This document shows, piece after piece, positions 27,205 through 40,002 of a DNA stretch of 64,000 bases. Numbering within the stretch: position 1 is the first letter of the stretch; each line of letters starts with the position of its first letter. The stretch is from Chiloscyllium plagiosum (taxonomy: Eukaryota): positions 55,839,862 to 55,903,861 of the forward strand of contig NC_057718.1 of the NCBI RefSeq assembly GCF_004010195.1, written 5' to 3'. Under the pieces are notes generated by a model. The model searched no databases and was not told where the DNA came from. It saw nothing but the letters and a program-made list of their open reading frames with translations. Made by a program: the position numbers and the translations under genes.

Positions 27205-28183
27205 ATGTAAGCAAGTGTGTGGTTATTCCTTTTGGACTTATCAAGGATAGATCTATGTACTTTTTAGATAGTATCACGTTAAATGCAGTGGATTTCCAAA
27301 GAGTCTTGGGGCTTCAGGTGCATTGACCTATAAAATGTCACGGACAGGTAGAGAAAATAATCAAGAAAATTAATGGAATGCTGGCTCTTATATAAATCTG
27401 GAGTATAAGTTTGCAGAGTTATGCTGCAACTATACAAAACCCTGTTCTGAATCCACTTAGAGTACTGAGAGCAGATCTGGGCACTCATCTTAGGAAGGAT
27501 ATATTAGCCTTGGAGCAAGTACAATTTAGGCTTACAAGGCACCTAGATTTCGGGGTTGTGAGGAGAGATTTGAGGCCCATTTTCTCGAGAATTTAGGAGA
27601 GTAAAGAGTAATCTGATCAGAATCTTCAATATATTAACTGGAAAAGACAGGCGAGATAAAGATAAATGATTTCCAACAGTTAGGAAGTCTAGAACTAAAG
27701 ACATAGTCTGAGAATTAGACCGTTCAGGGGAGATGTTAGGAAGCACTTCTACACGCAAAGCATGGTAGATGTTTGGAACAGTCTTTCACAAACAGAAGTG
27801 GATGCTTGATCAGATACAGAACAGACTCAAAGGTAGAAGACAGAGGGTATTGGTGGAAGGTTTCCTTTTCAGACTGGAGGCCTGTGATCAGCAGCATGTC
27901 ACAAGGATCGGTGCTGGAATCCATTGCTTTTCATCATTTATATAAATCATTTGGATGTGAACATAGGAGGTATGGTTTGTAAGTTTGCAGATTACACCAA
28001 AATTGGATGTTTAGTGGACAGAGAAAAGATTTACCTCAGAGTATAATGGGACCTTGATCAGATAAGCCAAGGAGTGGGAAATGGAGTTTAGTTGAGATAA
28101 ATGTGAGGTGCTACACTTTGGAAAGGCAAATCAAGGCAGGACTTATATACTATTATGAAGGTGTAAGGGGTACTGCACCTTTA

Positions 28184-29297
28184 GAGTCATAGAGATGTAC
28201 AGCATGGAAACAGACCCTTCGGTCCAACCCATCCATGCTGACCAGATATCCCAACCCAATCTAGTCCCACCTGCCAGCACCTGGCCCATATCCCTCCAAA
28301 CCCTTCCTATTCATATACCCATCCAAATGCCTCTTCAATGTTGCAATTGTACAGCCTCCACCACATCCTCTGGAAGTTCATTCCATACACGTAGCACCCT
28401 CTGCGTGAAAAAGTTGCCCCTTAGGTCTCTTTTATATCTTTCCCCTCTCACCCTAAACCTATGCCCTCTAGTTCTAGACTCACCGACCCCAGGGAAAAGA
28501 CTTTGTCTATTTATTCTATTCATTTCCCTCATAATTTTATAAACCTCTATAAGGTCACCCCTCAGCCTCCGACACTCCAGGAAAACAGCCCCAGCCTGTT
28601 CAGCCTCTCCCTGTAGCTCAGATCCTCCAAGCCTGGCAACATCCTTGTAAATCTTTTCTGAACCCTTTCAAGTTTCACAACATCTTTCTGATAGGAAGGA
28701 GACCAGAATTGCACACAATATTCCAACAGTGGCCTAACCAATGTCCTGTANNNNNNNNNNNNNNNNNNNNNNNNNNNNNNNNNNNNNNNNNNNNNNNNNN
28801 NNNNNNNNNNNNNNNNNNNNNNNNNNNNNNNNNNNNNNNNNNNNNNNNNNNNNNNNNNNNNNNNNNNNNNNNNNNNNNNNNNNNNNNNNNNNNNNNNNNN
28901 NNNNNNNNNNNNNNNNNNNNNNNNNNNNNNNNNNNNNNNNNNNNNNNNNNNNNNNNNNNNNNNNNNNNNNNNNNNNNNNNNNNNNNNNNNNNNNNNNNNN
29001 NNNNNNNNNNNNNCTCCACCACCACCCTCTGTCTTCTACCTTTGGGCCAGTTCTGTATCCAAATGGCTAGTTCTTCCTGTATTCCATGAGATCTAACCTT
29101 GCTAATCAGTCTCCCATGGGGTACCTTATCAAATGCCTTACTGAAGTCCATATAGATCACATCTACTGCTCTGCCCTCATCAATCTTCTTTGTTACTTCT
29201 TCAAAAAACTCAATCAAGTTTGTGAGACATGATTTCCCACGCACAAAGCCATGTTGACTATCCCGAATCAGTCCTTGCCTTTCCAAATACATGTACA
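28184..29297 (-). mobile_element. CR1 (HER1-like) LINE inserted in the 5' LTR, spanning a gap
   Basis: SQHGFVRGKSCLTNLIEFFEEVT, YMDFSKAFDKVPHGRL and the same 3' tail as 10745 and 50808. Confidence 0.93.
28751..29013. other. Assembly gap (N run)
   Basis: Seen directly. Confidence 1.
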
Positions 29298-31643
29298 TTT
29301 AAGAGAGTTGAAAGCTAGCAAGGACTTAGAGAGGCACAGAGAGTGCAGAACAACGTAACAACGTAATGCTTCGTCAGAACAGCTAGCACTGGCTGGGTTG
29401 CTATGAGACAAAAACAAATTCAAGTTCATCCAATCAGTTTAAATTATGCCCCAAGATACCGAACTCCAATCAAGTTTGAATTTGGTATTTTGACAATATT
29501 AAAACCAATGAAACAATCCGATGTTTTGTGGTATAAGTATCAGACAGTTTGAACAGTTAGTCAGAGTGGCAAAGAGAACTGCCAAAAGACCAACAGATAT
29601 AGGCGGCTAGTAAGAAATCTCTGAGAGGTACCTATCTAGAGAAGATGTTTGCACAGAAAAAAACATCGACACTGACCAAGAGAGCAAATCTACAGAGAAA
29701 GATACGAAGAGAATATTCAACAGCTGGCTGGTTTTGAAGTTTGAGTTTTTCGGTAAATCTTAATCGGGGATTTTATCGGACCAGTGTTGTAAAGGGAAAG
29801 GTAATGATAGGTTTAGATAAATGAGTTGCAATTAGTTGTTAGTTAATTATTCTCTGTTGTACTTCAAAAAATAAAGTTGTTAATTTTTAGTTTAAATAGT
29901 GACTTTTGGGATAGTTCTTTGCCTTTCGAACTTTCACAGATTACTGCATGAGGTAAGTCTTTTCTGTGTTGCTGGCTGAAATTAGCAGGGGGGTTTACTC
30001 CATATCGTAACAGTTTGGAGGCTTTCATCTGAAATTTGAACAGTTTTAGACAGATTTGGGGTACAAAAACACCCAGTTGATTTAAACACTTGCAAGTTAG
30101 TGTCCTAGATCTTTCAATAAAACATAGATGAGGCAATTTGTTTAATTTCGGTGATTGTGGTTGATTAAATTAAAAGTGAAAGAAATGGCTCTTAAAATTG
30201 CTTAAATGGTTCTGGGATTTGAAGATGATTCTCAAATTTGCCAAGAAAGTTTAGAAGCAAAGATAAAGGCCATATTTTTAGAATTAGAAAAGAAGTTGGA
30301 TTTGGGTTTAACCAAGGACAAAAGTGAAGCTGAAATTGTAAGGGAATTACTCACTTAGGTGTGTCAGATAAACAGACAAGCGCAGTAGACTTAGAAAAAC
30401 TTAAATTACAATTGAGGAAAATGGAGCTGGAAGATAAAGAGAGATAGACAAGGGAGAGAGAAAGAGAGATGAGAGAGGGAGAAAGGGGAAAACGAGAGAG
30501 ACAGAAGGTTCTTAGCTGAGCAAAGAGAGAGAGAAGAAAAAGAGAGACAAAAAGAGAGAGAATTTGAATTTGAGAAGTTGCAACTTAGTCAACAAAGTCA
30601 GGTTGACAGGATGGAGATTAAAAGAGAAGGTAGTGATTATACAAATATGTCAAAACTCTGCAACATTTTGATGCGAGATGTTGGAGCCTTCTTTATTTCA
30701 TTTGAATAATTGGCTAGGCAGATGGAGTGGTCCAAGGATTTATGGGTAATGCTAGTTCAGACTAAACTGGTACACAGAGCTAGTGAGGTATTTGCTGCAC
30801 TGTCAGATGAAGGGTCAACAGATAATGAAGAGGTTAAACAGCCTATTTTAAATGCTTATGATTTGGTACCAGAAGCATTTAGATAGTGGTTCAGAAACAT
30901 AAAGAAGTATCCAAGTCAGACTTACGTTGAGTTAAAAAAAAATTAAACATAGTAATTTTGATAGATGGGTGTGTGCTTTAAAGATAGATAGGACCTTTGA
31001 GGCTCTAAGAGAGATTATTCTGCTGGAAGAGTTTAAAACCTCACCTCCAGAGATGGTAAGAATTCATGAGAAGGAACAAAAAGTTCAGGAAGTGAGAAGG
31101 GCAGCAGTATTAGCAGATGAATACATGCTAATGCATAAGACAAGCTTCCGGCCAGAATTTTGTCCTGTCAGGGAAAGAACTTGGGAGAAGGGGAGATCCT
31201 ACACTTTGAAACAAAGAGTAGAGAACACTGGTAAGAATTTACCACGGGTCAAAAAAAGAAGCCGAAGAGGGTGGAAAAGAGATGAAAGGCCTCAGGTGTT
31301 TCCACTGTGGTAAAGTGGGACACGTAAAGTCACAGTGCTGGTCATTAAAGAAAGGCACTGTGGGAAAAGATGTGGTAAACGAAGCTAAGCCAGTGGCATT
31401 AGAGTGCACAGCATGGGCAGCAGCTGGATATGAAGTTAGTACCTGATCTCTACAAAGCATTCGTCTCTGTGGGTAAAGTTTACACAGATAGAACAGGGGA
31501 AGAAGGACAAGAAATTATAATTTTGAGAGATACAAGATCTAACCAGTCACTGATAGTAAGAGATGACCAAATATGCACTTCTTCTGATCTATTACCCGAG
31601 TGTGTGGTAATTTGTGGGATAGATGGACAGAAGTTTAGCATTA

Positions 31644-31862
31644 GATGATGGAAATGTGTTGCTGGAGAAGCGCAGCAGGTCAGGCAGCATCTAGGGAACA
31701 GGAGAATCGACGTTTCGGGCATTAGCCCTTCTCCTGAAGAAGGGCTAATGCCCGAAACGTCGATTCTCCTGTTCCCTAGATGCTGCCTGACCTGCTGCGC
31801 TTCTCCAGCAACACATTTCCATCTCTGATCTCCAGCATCTGTAGACCTCATTTTCTCTTCAA
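31644..31862. mobile_element. Penelope-derived palindromic insertion (86 bp perfect arms) in the Gypsy protease region
   Basis: Arms at 31647-31732 and 31738-31823 are exact reverse complements around loop cctga. 15 bp TSD agaagtttagcatta at 31629-31643 and 31863-31877. Confidence 0.93.
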
Positions 31863-31984
31863 AGAAGTTTAGCATTACCCTTTGTAAGGTCAGGTTGGAG
31901 TGCCAACCCAACACTGGGGAAGTTATAGTGGGAGTGATTGACAGCGTGTCAGTTCCAGGAATTCAGTTCGTCCTTGGAAATGTT

Positions 31985-32120
31985 TTAGAACATAGAACAT
32001 AGAAGAATACAGCGCAGTACAGGCCCTTTGGCCCTTGATGTTGCGCCGATCCAAGCCAAGTCACCCCTAAACCTTCTTTTCTCCAATGAAAACAACCCCA
32101 AGTGCCTCAGCCTTTCCTCA
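31985..32120 (-). mobile_element. Short CR1 3' end fragment inside the Gypsy element
   Basis: (tagaaca)n tail. Minus peptide EERLRHLGLFSLEKRRFRGDL. Confidence 0.8.
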
Positions 32121-35100
32121 CCTTGGCAGGATTCAAGGTGGGAATGACACCTCTTGTTGTGGAGAAGCCCAAGGAAGACCAAGAAACTGAGGAGTTAAAA
32201 CAGAAATATCCTGGTGTTTTCCCAGATCCCACTATTGTAAGTCACAGCATGAAGCAAAAAATAAAGAAAAAGATGAAGGAGTTTAGGTTCAGTTAGCAGA
32301 CACCCTATTTAATGTAATGGTGCAGGAAAAACCTGAAAAGGCAGAGGGTCAGACAGAAGAGTTTAGTCCTGAAGGCTGAGGAACTTGCAACAGCAAGACA
32401 AGACGATAAAAGATATATATTTGGGTGTGTAATTTGAAAAGGAGTCAGAAAATATTCCTGAGGGTTATTATCTGAAAGATAGAAACCTAAGTTGGAAATG
32501 GAGACCGTGGAAGGTTAGTGCAGAGGAGAAATGGGCCGAAGTGCACCAAATTGTGTTGCCGGTAACATACAGACAGGAAGTTTTACGGGTAGTACATGAA
32601 GTGCCTGTTGGAGGTAACCATGCTATTCGAAAGACTCAGGCCAAGGTACAAAAACATTTTTATTGGCCTAGAATGCACAAGGTTGTGGTTATCTTTTGCA
32701 GTACATGTCATACATACCAAATGGTAGGTAAGCCATAGATGGTAATAAAACCAGCATCTTTGTTGCCAATTCCCACATTTGAAGAACCTCTCACGTGGGT
32801 TATAATTGATTGTGTAGGTCCCTTCCCGAAAACTAAAAGTGGGAACCAGTACTTGTTAACCATAATGGATGTGTCTACCAGATTTCTGGAGGCAATTCCA
32901 TTGCAGAGTATCAAGGCAGAAAAGGTGGTAGAGTAGCTAGTAGCTTTCTTCACACGTTATTGCTACCCAGAGAGATTCAGTCGGACCAAGAGTCACATTT
33001 TACTGCTAGGCTATTTATGGAGGTTATGGATAGCTTAGGTGTACAGCACTTTAAATCCAGTGCATATCATCATGAATACCAGGGAGTTTTAGAAGGGTGA
33101 CATCTGTCACCTGACAGCATACTGTCAGGATTACCCAAATATTTTGGATAAAGGTATCCCATTCGTTTTATTTGCCATTAGAGATGTCCCAAACAAATCT
33201 ACTCAGTTCAAGTTAATATTTGGACATGAAGTGCGAGGCCCTTTGAAATTAATTGAAGAAAAATTGACAGAACCAAAGTCGGAGATTTCACACTTAGATT
33301 ACGTATCGGAGGTGAGGGAGAGATTAAATCGAGTAGATGAGTAGCTAAACAGCACCTAAAGAATAGAATGAAGCAAGTGGCAGATAAAAGCTTTGAGGCT
33401 TGATCATTTTCCTGAGGGGATGACATGTTAGTACTGTCACCAGTGATAGGAGATCCCTTCAAGGCTAGGTTTAGTGTTTGAGAAAAAGTTGAATCAGGTG
33501 AACTAAGAAGTAAAGATGCCAGATAGAAAGAAAAAGGTATCAGGTATGTCATGTGAACATGTTGAAACTGTATCATACCAGAGAGAAAGAACTGGAGAAA
33601 TAGATGTTCGTTACTGCCATGCAGAGTGAGGAATCAAATTCAGATGTTGTGGATTTTGATGTGCCTCAAAATAGATTTAAAAATGAAAAAGTCTTTGAGG
33701 AGTGAAATAGTTAGTAAACTATCTGTCTCAGGATCAAAAAATGCAGTTGAAAGATTTGTTACTGCAGTATAAGGACATATGTAAGAATCAGATGGGATGG
33801 ACTAATGCTATTGTACATGGAGTAGACGTAGGGAATATTGCTCTGATAAAACAACACCCCTATCGGCTTAATCCTTTCAAAGTCAGGTAGGTTCAGAAGG
33901 AGGTGGAGGCCATGCTCAACGAGGATATCATCTAACCAAGCCAGAGCAAGTGGAGTTCATCGATGTTCTTAGTTCCTAAACTGGACAGGACTCAACGATT
34001 CTGTGCGAGTTATCAGAAGGTCAACCCAGTTACAAAATCGGACTCATATCCAAGATTGAAGGACTGTTTAGAGAAAGTCGGACAAGCCAGTTACATCACC
34101 AAGTTGGACTTACTGCATGGTTACTGACAGGTACCTTTATCAGAGACAGTGAAATCAATTTCTGTGTTTGTAACCCCAAATGGGCTATATCAGTTTTAAA
34201 TGATGCCCTTTGGAATGAAGAACGCACCCGACACATCCAAAGATTCATGAACAGAGTTGTGGCTGGGTTAACAAACTGTGCAGTCTATTTGGATGATAGT
34301 GATCTTTAGTAAGTCCTGGAAAGATCACATGGTACAGTTGGCAGAGCTCTTTGTACGACTACGAGAAGCAAAACTGGTAATAAACATAAATAAAACTGAA
34401 TTTGCGAAAGCAGAGGTGACGTTCTTGGGACATAACATCAGTCATGAAAGGTTGATCCCACGGAATGCAAAGACGAAGGCCATCAAGGAATTTCCACTAC
34501 CAATCTTAAAGAAAGAGATGCTTCGATTCTTAAGACTCAGCAGATTCTATCGGAAGTTTGTTCCAAACTTCAGCAGTGTCTTGGCACCATTAACCGATTT
34601 GCTGAGGAAGAACACAACATTTTGGTGGACAGAACAATGCCAGGAGACATTCAACAATTTGAAAGCAATATTAACCACTGCACCAGTTCTAGCTACTCCA
34701 AGCTTTTCAAAACCTTTTACATTGCCATTGATGCTGGTGACGTAGGAGTTGGAGCTGTACACCACAGGAAGATGAGGATGGGATTGAACTGCCAGTTGGT
34801 TACTTTTTGAAGAAACTCAACATCCACCAGAAGAAATACTCCATGATCGAAAAAGAACTATTAAGTTGGTACTGGCCTTACAACATTTTAATGTGTAATC
34901 ACGAACAATGTGACGGAGACGGTTGTGTATATCGAGCACAATCCTCTTACATTCTTAGAACGCTTTAAAGACAAGAATATGAGACTATTTCATTGGAGTC
35001 TTATGTTACAGACTTTTAATTTAAAAATCGCACGTTACGGGTTGTAAGAATATAATTGCATATGCGTTATCGCAGATTTAACTGATAACGTTTAGATGAG

Positions 35101-35248
35101 ATTTGTATTTATCCAATGTATATGGAAAGAAGTTAACTTTAATCTAAATTCACCTTATCTCCATGTTATGGTAATGTGATTAAAGAATAGAATCAAAAAT
35201 GAAGCCATCTTTTCATTATGATGGTTTATTTTTTCTTAAGGGGTGAGG

Positions 35249-35954
35249 TGTTATAAAGGTGGAAGGTGTACTGTACCTTTAAGAGAGTTGAAAACTAGCA
35301 AGGACTTAGAGAGGCACAGGGAGTTTGGAACAAGGTAACAACGTAACACTTGGTCAGAACAGCGAGCACTGGATGGGTTGTTATGAGAGAAAAACAAATT
35401 CAAATTCAGCCAGTTTAAATTATGCCTCAAGATACCAAACTCCAATCAAGATTGACTTTGTTATTTTGACAGTATTAAACCAGTGAAACAATCCGATGCT
35501 TTGGAGTATAAGTATCAGACAATTTGAACAGTTAGTCAGAGTGGCAAAGAGAACTGCCAAAAGACCAACAGATGTTAATAAGAACCTGCCAAGAGAAGGT
35601 GTTTGCACAGAAAAAAACATCAACACCAATCTGGAGAACAAGTCTACAGAGGAAGATGCAAAGAGAAGATTTGACAGCTGGTTTTGAAATTTGAATTTTT
35701 TGGTAAATCTTAATCGGGGGTTTTATCGGACCAGTATTATAGAGGGGAAGATAAAAGATAGGTTTAGATAAATGAATTGTAAATCATTGTTAGTTAATTA
35801 TTCTCTGTTATATTTCAAAAGTAAAGTTGTTAATTTTTACTTTAAAGAGTGACTTTTGGGATAATTCTTTGCATCTCAAATTTTCATAGATTCTTTAAAT
35901 CTTTTGTGTTGCTGGTTTAAATTAGCGGGTGGGGGTTTACCCCGTGTCATAACA
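35249..35954 (+). repeat. 3' LTR of the Gmr1-type element
   Basis: TGTTAT...ATAACA inverted termini, directly after the PPT and followed by the TSD ATAC. Confidence 0.92.
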
Positions 35955-36150
35955 ATACTTAATAGTAAGGTCCTGGGGAGTGTTGCTGAACAAAGAGACT
36001 TTGAAGTGCTGGTTCATAGTTCCTCAAAAGTGGAGTCCCGGATAGATAAGACAGTGAAGAAGGCTTTGGTATGCTTGCCTTTATTGGTTAGTGCTGAAAA
36101 TGTGTTACTGGAAAAGCGCAGCAGGTCAGGCAGCATACAAGGAACAGGAG

Positions 36151-36186
36151 AATCGACGTTTCAGGCATAAGCCCTTCCTCAGGAAT
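36151..36186 (-). ncRNA. Minimal hammerhead ribozyme motif in Penelope 3' UTR
   Basis: Minus strand ATTC-CTGAGGA-AGGGC-TTAT-GCCT-GAAA-CG-TC-GATT. Confidence 0.65.
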
Positions 36187-36772
36187 GAGGAAAGTGTGTC
36201 CAGTAGGCTAAGATAAAAGATAGGGAGGAGGGACTTGGGTGAGGGGCTTTGGAAATGCGATAGATGGAGGGAGGTCAAGGTGAGGGTGATAGGCCGGAGT
36301 GGGATGGGGGCGGAGAGGTCAGGAAGATGATTGCAGGTTAGGAAGGCGGTGCTGACTTCGAGGGATTTGACTGAGACAAGGTGGGGGAGGGGAAATGAGG
36401 AAACGGGAGAAGTCTGAGTTCACCCCTTATGGTTGGAGGGTTCCCAGGCAGAAGATGAGGTGTTCTTCCTCCAACCGTCGTGTTGCCATGGTCTGGCGAT
36501 GGAGGAGTCCAAGGACCTGCATGTCCTTGGTGGAGTGGGAGGGGGAGTTAAAGTGTTGGGCTACGGGGTGGTTGGGTTGGTTGGTCCGGGTGTCCCAGAG
36601 GTGTTCTCTGAAACGTTCCGCAAGTAGGCGGCCTGTCTCCCCAATATAGAGGAGGCCACATCGGGTGCAGAGGATGCAATAGATGATGTGTGTGGAGGTG
36701 CAGATGAATATGTAGCGGATATGGAAGGATCCCATTGGGGCCTTGGAGGGAAGTAAGGGAGGAGGTGTGGGC

Positions 36773-37084
36773 NNNNNNNNNNNNNNNNNNNNNNNNNNNN
36801 NNNNNNNNNNNNNNNNNNNNNNNNNNNNNNNNNNNNNNNNNNNNNNNNNNNNNNNNNNNNNNNNNNNNNNNNNNNNNNNNNNNNNNNNNNNNNNNNNNNN
36901 NNNNNNNNNNNNNNNNNNNNNNNNNNNNNNNNNNNNNNNNNNNNNNNNNNNNNNNNNNNNNNNNNNNNNNNNNNNNNNNNNNNNNNNNNNNNNNNNNNNN
37001 NNNNNNNNNNNNNNNNNNNNNNNNNNNNNNNNNNNNNNNNNNNNNNNNNNNNNNNNNNNNNNNNNNNNNNNNNNNNNNNNNNNN
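36773..37084. other. Assembly gap (N run)
   Basis: Seen directly. Confidence 1.
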
Positions 37085-38050
37085 GGAGTCGGTTGGTTTA
37101 TAGTAGATGTCCGTGTCGATTCGGTCACCTGAGATAGAAATGGAAAGGTCTAGGAAGGAGGGGGAGGAGTCTGAGACGGTCCAGGTGAATTTGAGGTCGG
37201 GGTGGAAGGTGTTTGTGAAGTGGATGAACTGTTCAACCTCCTCGTGGGAGCACGAGGCAGCGCCGATCCAGTCATCGATGTAGCGGAGGAAAAGGTGGGG
37301 GGTGGTGCCCACCTTTATTGGTTAGTGCATTGATCACAGGAGTTGGGAGGTCATGTTGAGGCTATACAGGACATTGGTTAGGCCACTGGTGGAATATTGT
37401 GTGCAATTCTGATCTCCCTGATATAGGAAAGATATTGTTAAACAACAAATGTTTCAGAAATAATTGACAAGGATGTTGCCGGGTTTGAACTATCGGGAGA
37501 GACTAATTAGGCTGGGGCTATTTCCCCTTGTGCGTCAGAGGCTTGAGTAGTGACCTTACAGATGTTTATAAAATCATGAGGGTCATGATTGGGTGAATAG
37601 CCAAGATGTTTTCCCTGGCATTGGAGACTCCAAAAGTAGAGGGCATAGGTTTAAGGTGAGAGAGGAAAGATTTAAAAGGGACCTAAATAGTAACTTTTTC
37701 TTGCAGAGGGTGGTGTGCGTATGGAATGAGCTGCCAGAGAAAGTGGTGAAGTCTGGTACAATTACAACATTTAAAAGGCATCTTGATGAGTATATGAATA
37801 TGAAGCGTTTAGAGGGATATGGGCCAAATGCTGGCAAATGCAACTAGATTTATTTAGGATATCTGGTCAGCATGGAAGAGTTGGACCAAAGGATCTGTTT
37901 CCATGCTGTGCAGCTCTATGACTCTGAGTTATTGATTTTAAATCTGAGCTTGATACATTTTTGTGAAGCCAAAGTATTAAGGGATATGGACCAAAGGCAT
38001 GGTTATGGGCCAAACAAAAATATTTGGAGAATGGCTGCAGATCACCCATC

Positions 38051-38387
38051 AGCTCAATAATGGTTACCACTGCTGCTTCACAGTGCCAAGGATCAGGGTT
38101 CAATTCCAGCCTTGGGCAACGGTGTGGAGTTTGTACAATCTCCCTGTGTCTGCTAGGGTTTCCTCTGGGTGCTCCGAATTCCCCCCACAGTGCATGTTAG
38201 GTGGATTGGCCATGCTAAATTGCCCATAGTGTCCAGGGATTTGCAGGCTAGGTGGGTTAGCCATGCAGAGTTACAGGGATAGAGTATAGGTGGTGGGTCT
38301 GGGTGGGATGCTCTTCGGAAGATTGGCATGGACTTGATGGGTCGAATAGCCTATTTGCATACTGTAGGGATTGTATGATCTATGATC
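38051..38387 (+). mobile_element. tRNA-derived V-SINE (HE1-like), diverged copy
   Basis: B-box ggttcaattcc, conserved core gtgtggagtttg...gggtttcctctgggtgctcc and a CR1-like tail. Confidence 0.85.
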
Positions 38388-38547
38388 TCCTAAATGGTGA
38401 AACAGATTCGGTTGGCTGAATGACCTACTCGTTTTCCTATATTTCTATGTTCCTATTTTGAGATAAATTATTCTGCTTAATAACGGTAAATCGTAACCGA
38501 TTTGATCTGAAGGAAGTTCCAATTTATCTGTTTCATCTTTTATGCAG

Positions 38548-38724
38548 ATAGAGAAGATAGATTGGGCTACTTGGTCATGCGTTTTAGGGCCAACATGTGA
38601 AGGAATCTGGCCTACACACAGTGATATCACAGATGTCAATGCAGCCTGTCTGACCAAAGACAAAAAACTCATTGTCACAGGAGATGACTTTGGCTTTATG
38701 AAACTCTTTTCTTATCCAGTAAAG
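38548..38724 (+). CDS. EML6: EML6 coding exon: [59 protein letters not shown]
   Basis: Acceptor tttcatcttttatgcag and donor gtaacg at 38725. 177 bp, phase 0/0. [22 protein letters not shown] and FSYPVK resemble EML6 more than EML5. Confidence 0.94.
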
Positions 38725-40002
38725 GTAACGTGATTCATATAAGTAATATTTTGTTTAAATTTTAAAAAGTCCAGATGGTTAATCAGTACAACTTAATTTT
38801 AAATTTTCTGTCATAACAGGACAATATTGTATTTTTTGTGTGATTGCTGTCAAACATGCTTACTCAGTTAAGTTTGCAGCCACATAGGCTATTGATACTT
38901 CATTGTTTTAATATTCTACAAATGTTGTCATGTTGTGCAGGTAAAAAGCATGGATATTAGGTGTGGTCTCAAAAAATATTGCATGGAATTATTGGCAAGT
39001 TAAACTGAAATACATAGAGATATAAAATAATCCTCAATTTTTGGACAACAGTCCAGAAGAGTGGCTAATGTCTTCTTTGGAAAACTTGTATAATTATCAT
39101 TTCAGGTAGTTCTGATCAGAAAATCACAAACCCTCAAACTTTCATTTTCTAACTAAATTTTTGGATGAAAATTAATGGCATGTTTTTAAAAAGGGTTTTT
39201 TTTTGTTCTAGGAGGTGCCCAACTCTGATATTTCTCCCTTCTATTCAATTCCAGTTTATTTTTAAATGTTAGAAGAACTAAAAAAAATTTCTTACGTATT
39301 AGCCAAGGACAGAGCAAAAACATTTAAAGTGGAATACGATGTATGAAACCTAGAACATGGAGTGTGGAACTTTATATGGGATCCACCCATTCATCCCCAA
39401 CCTTTATACGAATATGAGATGGGCTACATGGATGCATTAACAGTTTGTGACAATGCCTAAAAGCAGAAATTCAAGGGGAAGCTATACTCTAAATATGAAC
39501 TTATCTCTGCTCCTTTGGATGATGATATCCTGTGTATTTGTGCAATTTTGTGGTTCCAACTTTGAAACTAAAGCTTTTGTGTTTCTTCATCTTGTCTCTC
39601 AGTAGTGAATGTGTGAAAATTAGTTAGAGATAGAAATGCCGGGAAAGGCAGAACCTTGCATTAAAAATAAATAAACATAGATAGGACCTTGTACTTACCT
39701 TGACCTTGACCACTGGAGAATTGCAGGATGCTAAAATAGGAACACTGTGTTCACAAACATTTATAAGTTCCAGATCAAAGGAGAATATTTGCACAATTAC
39801 AATGAAAATTAACAATACTTAGGAATGTTGCAATTCAGCTTCACTCCCAAAATTCTTCACTCATACTTGAATCAGAAGGCAGTTTCCACAGGCTGTTAGT
39901 TCTTTGACTGCTATGACCTGAAACCAAATCAATTTGTTTGTAAGCTGCAGTTAAAACATAGAAAATAAATTGCCTTGTTATCAACTTAATGAATATAGAT
40001 TT

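Larger units (their letters stand above)
28151..30012 (+). repeat. 5' LTR of the Gmr1-type element, split by a CR1 at 28184-29297
   Basis: 28151-28183 and 29298-30012 align with 35249-35954. Ends ...cgtaaca. The following tggaggct...catctg may be a decayed tRNA-Pro PBS. Confidence 0.88.
28151..35954 (+). mobile_element. Degenerate full-length Gypsy LTR retrotransposon of Gmr1 type (gag-PR-IN-RT-RH)
   Basis: Two homologous LTRs, 4 bp TSD ATAC (28147-28150, 35955-35958) and PPT aaggggtgagg before 35249. CCHC knuckle at 31297-31338, integrase at about 32540-33580, YLDD at 34286-34297, RNase H at about 34710-35080. Many stops and frameshifts. Confidence 0.93.
36095..37311 (-). mobile_element. 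Penelope-like retroelement, 5'-truncated: RT C-terminus, GIY-YIG and 3' UTR, spanning a gap
   Basis: LFLRYIDDWIG, YYKPTDS and CTRCGLLYIGETGR. 17 bp TSD cctttattggttagtgc at 36078-36094 and 37312-37328. Confidence 0.95.
27813..37926 (+). mobile_element. CR1 LINE hosting the Gypsy element and a Penelope (pieces about 27813-28150, 35959-36094, 37329-37926)
   Basis: RT sequence ggacttatatac|ttaatagtaaggtcctgggg rejoins across the Gypsy. Tail ctctatgactct ends at about 37925. Confidence 0.88.
25050..38452 (+). mobile_element. Old CR1 LINE forming the outer layer of a nest (pieces about 25050-25887, 27212-27812, 37927-38050, 38388-38452)
   Basis: RT motifs (PGPDG, WKIAH, DFQKAFDKVPHKRL) continue across the insertions. 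The tail resumes at 37927 where it broke at about 27812. Confidence 0.75.
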
